Part shown: piece by piece, positions 61,800 to 64,000 of the stretch
How positions within the stretch are numbered: the stretch's first letter is position 1
Layout of the letters: the number at the start of each line of letters is the position of its first letter
Assembly: GCA_036172245.1 (NCBI GenBank)
Contig: JAYWIR010000024.1
Span: 2,108,001 to 2,172,000, forward strand
Source: Raillietiella orientalis
Taxonomy: Eukaryota
Direction: 5' to 3'
Length of the DNA stretch: 64,000 bases
Program-made: the position numbers and the translations under genes
The notes under the pieces: generated by a model
What the model saw: the letters and a program-made list of their open reading frames with translations, nothing else
What the model was told of the DNA's origin: nothing
Databases searched by the model: none

Positions 61800-62980
61800 G
61801 TGGGCCAGCCAACTCTACAAGAGCGAAGGCATCGCATAGAAGAAACAGGTTACAACCTTCCTTCACATTCCTCCCACCACCATCACCTTCACCTGCTGTC
61901 CGTCTTCGTCACCTGACCACGTTCAAGACCTGTCCCTACATCCTTCCCGAAAATCCTTCTCCCGCAACCGCATCACGGAGTCCCGAACGTCGACCTTCCG
62001 AGCACTTCCTTCACCGGGAGCGCCTCTCCCCATCACCGAGTGCGATGCGCACCGCGGCCGTGGCCCGACCCTGGCGGCAATCACGAGGCGTCATCTCGTT
62101 CTGGAGAGCTACAGACGCAGCATCTCGACACCTTTTCCTTTTCGCGGTTCCCCCGGAACGCCTGATGCGCTCCCTCGACATCCAAGCGCAGTCGGTTCAA
62201 CTTACCGACTAGCGTACTCTCTCCCATTGCTTCCCGAAAGAATGCGACAGGCGCTTGTATCCATGCAACGCCGGAGCTCAAGCTGGCAGCCCTCGCGTAG
62301 AGCTCCAAACACCCCGCCCGAAAGGACGACAGTTTCCAGCTGCAGATCGCAACACCCCACAACAACATCAAACGCCACCTTCGCCGACCAGCCACTCTTG
62401 TTGCACTCGGAGACCACGCCGGATAACCCCGCGAAAGGGTGGAAGATCCTTTCCCGCTCGAGCGAGCATCCAGCAGCCTGCGCGTCTCTGGGCGACGCTC
62501 ATCCTTCCCGCCTTTTCCATGCACCTCCCTGCCCATCCGCCCTCGGAGCCGCCTCTCTGACTCAGCCACCCGCACTCGCACCGTCGCAAAGGACAGCAGC
62601 AGAAAGCCCGCTCCGCGGCTGCGTACCATCTCGGAGCTCGAAGGATACGCAACCGCCAGGCCGCACTGCCTACGCACCCACGAGCAGTGAGATCCGGCGG
62701 GAACTCGGTCGGTTGCTGCGGCGAGAAGAAGGAAGAGGCTGGAATGCAACTCGGAACCCATCCGAGGAGGCTGCCAACTTCCGCCTCAGGGACGGACGGA
62801 ATGGGAGTTCCTCACGGTTGCCTGGGGAGGTATCCTCGGTGCCTCGAACGGGCGCGAGGAGAGCAAAGTCTGCGCCCCGGAGGGACACCCGGCAGACTGG
62901 CTCGCTGAACGAACGGAACGCAAAACACAAAAGCGAAAGTCAGCATCACCACGCCGCTCCGAATTCGCCTCCAGCGCCGG
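61800..62980 (+). repeat. Direct duplication (~1.18 kb), copy 2 (partner 38469-39649)
   Basis: Near-identical sequence to copy 1. Confidence 0.97.
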
Positions 62981-63661
62981 CCTCTATGCAAAAGTCAGAC
63001 ACACATCTTCCGAGACACATGGATCATCGCGTCTAAGAATTTTTTTGAAGTAAAGCACACACAGTCATCTCTCGGTACCACCGGCATCTGAAGCAAGCGC
63101 CTGTTCAAATTTCATTCTCAAAAACACCACAAGCCGTGCGTCCAATGAGAGCATCGAACTGCAGCCAGAGGATAACTTTCGCATCGACAGCATTTTACTA
63201 CCCACAATGACTGCTCACCCCTATTTCTATTAATAAAGTTATTAGAATCAGAAACTACTGCCGACCCCTCACTTTATCTCCTTTCTCTTTTGTCTGCTGT
63301 TGGAAAACCAATCGCGAGCGGCCACTTTAACTCCAAAATGCTATTTCCATTCGGCAGTTCCCTTCAACACACATGATCGGATAACACTCGGCAAGGAACC
63401 TTGGATTGACTGCCCGGTCCACTGCTTCCATGAAATCACATTTCGATGTGATTTCCCCAGAATGACCATATGACCATGCGGACCAGTCAGCCTACCTTGT
63501 GAAGGAATCTTGCACGACCTAAAGCTGTTTATCCTCCTTCATCGGTACACCGATGGGTTCCACCGGTGCTTCCAGATATGGAAATTGGTCCCATTCTGCA
63601 AGTCACGGAGTCCAGTACTGATATGCTCCCTTTCAAACTGGCATCCTTTTCCCATGCCCGC

Positions 63662-64000
63662 GTCGAAGGCCGTGTGGTTACAGGGGTCTCCGAGCGTGGC
63701 ACCATACGTCGCGGGTTCGAATACCCCGAACTGAATCGACGCAGTGCATCATGGGTTCCGAGTTCATCCCGCAAGATGACGCTGGTTGGCCTACATTCAT
63801 CCGGGTGCGGCACTGGTAGCAGTTAAAACCGGATGCCCCCGATGAGGGCCGGGACAAATGGGAGTCGACCTCCGGGTCCTTCCAGGAATCACGGAATGGA
63901 GAGTTCCCCCTCCAGTTGTGAAGGAGTAGACCCCCCATTCCGGGGGGATCCTCCAAGTTGTACTGATGGAGTAGGTGTGTCGCCACCCCCTCTCCAGGGA
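63662..64000 (+). repeat. Diverged second copy (inverted) of the 34745-35648 element, probably truncated by the window end
   Basis: Shared blocks tgtggtta, gcgtggcacca, gtcgcgggttcgaatac, gctggttggcc, gttaaaaccgga, atgggagtcgacct and tccttccaggaatca. Confidence 0.85.

Overview
Eukaryotic (metazoan, possibly arthropod) genomic DNA with spliceosomal introns, many only 39-58 nt long. No prokaryotic system, CRISPR array or rRNA is supported. Recognisable host genes are SRFBP1/BUD22 (28661-30201,+), the AP endonuclease APEX1 (30751-32009,+) and an invertebrate-type lysozyme (about 61331-60770,-). An uncharacterised, apparently secreted, CUB-like gene family is present in three copies. Two sit in a 3-3.7 kb inverted duplication (4213-6718,+ with a 31x21-bp Thr/Asp stalk; 17852-15881,- with only 4 units and a frameshift), and a highly diverged paralogue lies at 45722-47213,+. 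Roughly a third of the window is nested, decayed copies of one L1/Tx1-type non-LTR retrotransposon family that share a conserved 3'-terminal hairpin motif. There are also probable Ty3/gypsy remnants and four sharply bounded near-identical duplicated tracts. A roughly 0.9 kb hairpin-dense element with a tRNA-like end (34745-35648) has a diverged second copy at the window end. All gene models and alignments were made by eye, and TE boundaries are approximate.
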